Notes under the pieces: generated by a model
What the model was told of the DNA's origin: nothing
Database searches by the model: none
What the model saw: only the letters and a program-made list of their open reading frames with translations
Program-made: the position numbers and the translations under genes
DNA from: an uncultured cyanobacterium
Lineage (GTDB): Bacteria > Cyanobacteriota > Cyanobacteriia > Cyanobacteriales > CAWCAG01
DNA length: 64,000 bases
Direction: 5' to 3'
Assembly (NCBI GenBank): GCA_963803805.1
Contig: CAWDOD010000002.1
Coordinates: 320,001-384,000, forward strand
Shown here: in pieces, positions 62,494 to 64,000 of the stretch
How the letters are laid out: each line of letters begins with the position of its first letter
Position numbering within the stretch: the stretch's first letter is position 1

Positions 62494-63033
62494 CTATTTT
62501 AAGTCCAATAAGCCTTGTTCTTTAAGTTTGGGGTTAAAACGTAAATCCATCTTTACTCCCCTAGCCTTAATTTTTTCAACAATATCTGCTTCAAAACGTC
62601 GCGCAATTTTCTTGAGGAGTTTGGTTTGAGCAAATTCTTCTAATTTTTCGTACTGTTGCTTTTCTTCTTCACTCATCAGAGGCTTGATATCGAGGGGTTT
62701 ATTCCATTTAGCTTCCTCTAAACTATTACCCACAGGAACAGAATTATTACTTTCTAACCAAGCTTGCTTAATTGCTTCTAAAATGGTGCGACTAGGGCGA
62801 TCTATTGTCTCTACTTTCAACCAGTGACATTGTTGGGGGCAGCGAACTAAATGTTGTTTTAAACTCAAATAAATATCGCGAGAATAGCCCACAAATTGGA
62901 GAACTTTATCGCTATTAAATATTGCATATACGCCAATTTTACCCTGAAATTCTTCAGGAATATAACCGTTATTATCAAGGTAAGAAATATATTCTAAATT
63001 AGCTAGGGCAGTTATTTCTGTTTGAGAAGGCAT
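62494..63033 (-). CDS. GIY-YIG domain protein
   Basis: IGVYAIF...LQFVGYSRDI..SLKQH, PVGN. Confidence 0.85.
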   Translation of the reverse strand: MPSQTEITALANLEYISYLDNNGYIPEEFQGKIGVYAIFNSDKVLQFVGYSRDIYLSLKQHLVRCPQQCHWLKVETIDRPSRTILEAIKQAWLESNNSVPVGNSLEEAKWNKPLDIKPLMSEEEKQQYEKLEEFAQTKLLKKIARRFEADIVEKIKARGVKMDLRFNPKLKEQGLLDLK

Positions 63034-63084
63034 GATATTGACTAGATAACAAATGATGCAAAAGCTAATAATTTAATTAAAGCT

Positions 63085-63408
63085 TTAATGTAATTTGCGA
63101 TAAACAGCACAGAGACGACTAGGCTTATAAACTTTTGCTTTAAACATAAAGTTAGGCGGCACATTAATAACAGCGTAATCATCAGAATCATGATAATTCT
63201 CAAACTCCCTAGGCATTCCTTTGGGTGTTTCTTTGCTATAGGGAACTGGCTGAAAAAGCAACTCTGTAAATTCCACAGCCTGCCCATTGATTTCTTGGCT
63301 AATTTGCTCTAAGAAATCTTTGCTTTTCAAAAGTTGGAAAAGTTCTTTTCTTGATTGTGATTCGATTATAAAACTGCTATCAAAACATTCAATTATCCGA
63401 AGTTGCAT
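63085..63408 (-). CDS. Conserved hypothetical protein
   Basis: 107-aa ORF co-oriented with the GIY-YIG gene. Confidence 0.7.
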   Translation of the reverse strand: MQLRIIECFDSSFIIESQSRKELFQLLKSKDFLEQISQEINGQAVEFTELLFQPVPYSKETPKGMPREFENYHDSDDYAVINVPPNFMFKAKVYKPSRLCAVYRKLH

Positions 63409-63708
63409 TTTAAAAGTACCAAATAGGAAAAGTTTTTTTAGTAGAGAAAGCTAAGCTTAAAAGATTAAGATATGTTACTTACATAGGGGGATCAAGTTAT
63501 CCATTAAAGTATGGGACAGTAAAGCAGCTACTCTTCCAGCAGTTAATTTATGGTCGAGGGCTGGTAAGTCAAGGTAACTAATAGCTTTCATTAGGACTTA
63601 TTATTCTACCGCACCATAGAGCATATAATTAAGCGAATAAATGCGTAGAATATAGAAAAATTTTCAGTTACTTTGCCTGTTGGTTTTTCCCTGATTTGAG
63701 TTTTACTG

Positions 63709-64000
63709 ATGATTCGTAACAAATTAGGCAACCGCAACGTTGCCACTTTTTTTGGGGGAGCGCTTTTTTCAAGTTTATTATTAACTTGCGTAGGTAGTTA
63801 CCCCTCAGTTGCCCAAACTTTTTCTGAGCCTTATGTTCAAGGTTTTGTGATCAGAGGTAATACTTTACTCACCAATGAAGAATTACAAGGAACAATTAGA
63901 GTCTCCAACAATGGAGAAAACTTAGAAGGGGTCCAAGCAGCTTTACTAGAAGCCTACAGAGAAGCAGGTTATGATTTTGTACAAATTAGCTTGCCAGAAG
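63709..64000 (+). CDS. ShlB/FhaC/HecB (TpsB/Omp85-type) protein, N-terminal part (runs off window end)
   Basis: Manual translation: signal peptide ending PSVA|Q, then FVIRGNTLLTNEEL...LEAYREAGYDFVQISLPE, a POTRA pattern. Confidence 0.7.
   Translation, partial: MIRNKLGNRNVATFFGGALFSSLLLTCVGSYPSVAQTFSEPYVQGFVIRGNTLLTNEELQGTIRVSNNGENLEGVQAALLEAYREAGYDFVQISLPE

Overview
This is a cyanobacterial chromosome window. It carries roughly 35 HIP1 (GCGATCGC) sites counted by eye, heptamer tandem repeats, and hli, sipA, NTRC and CGLD27 genes. Most of it is housekeeping or signalling: pth, rsmE, a Cu-ATPase, ntrC, rsfS, gcvT, clpB, ald, tpiA, carB, two tRNAs, and tandem c-di-GMP and cAMP enzymes. Scattered single-base indels split several genes, including essential carB, so most frameshifts are probably consensus errors. 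After repairing them, the main find is a polymorphic-toxin-type locus at about 56.0-61.9 kb on the minus strand. It encodes a ~1,700-aa protein with an eCIS-cargo-like low-complexity leader, 11-residue helical repeats, a Gly/Ala pre-toxin segment and a JAB/MPN-like C-terminal domain. That gene is translationally coupled (ATGA) to a candidate immunity gene with a CxxC...HxxC motif, and is followed by a truncated orphan-cassette homology arm fused to an IS5 relic. Other notable items: a methyltransferase-pilin-O-GlcNAc-transferase locus; tandem Uma2 genes with a swapped central segment; a 2.1-kb Rpn/nuclease islet bounded by a HIP1-anchored clpB 3' duplication; and a phased DnaA-box array far from dnaA/dnaN. 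All family assignments come from recognising motifs by eye, not from database searches.
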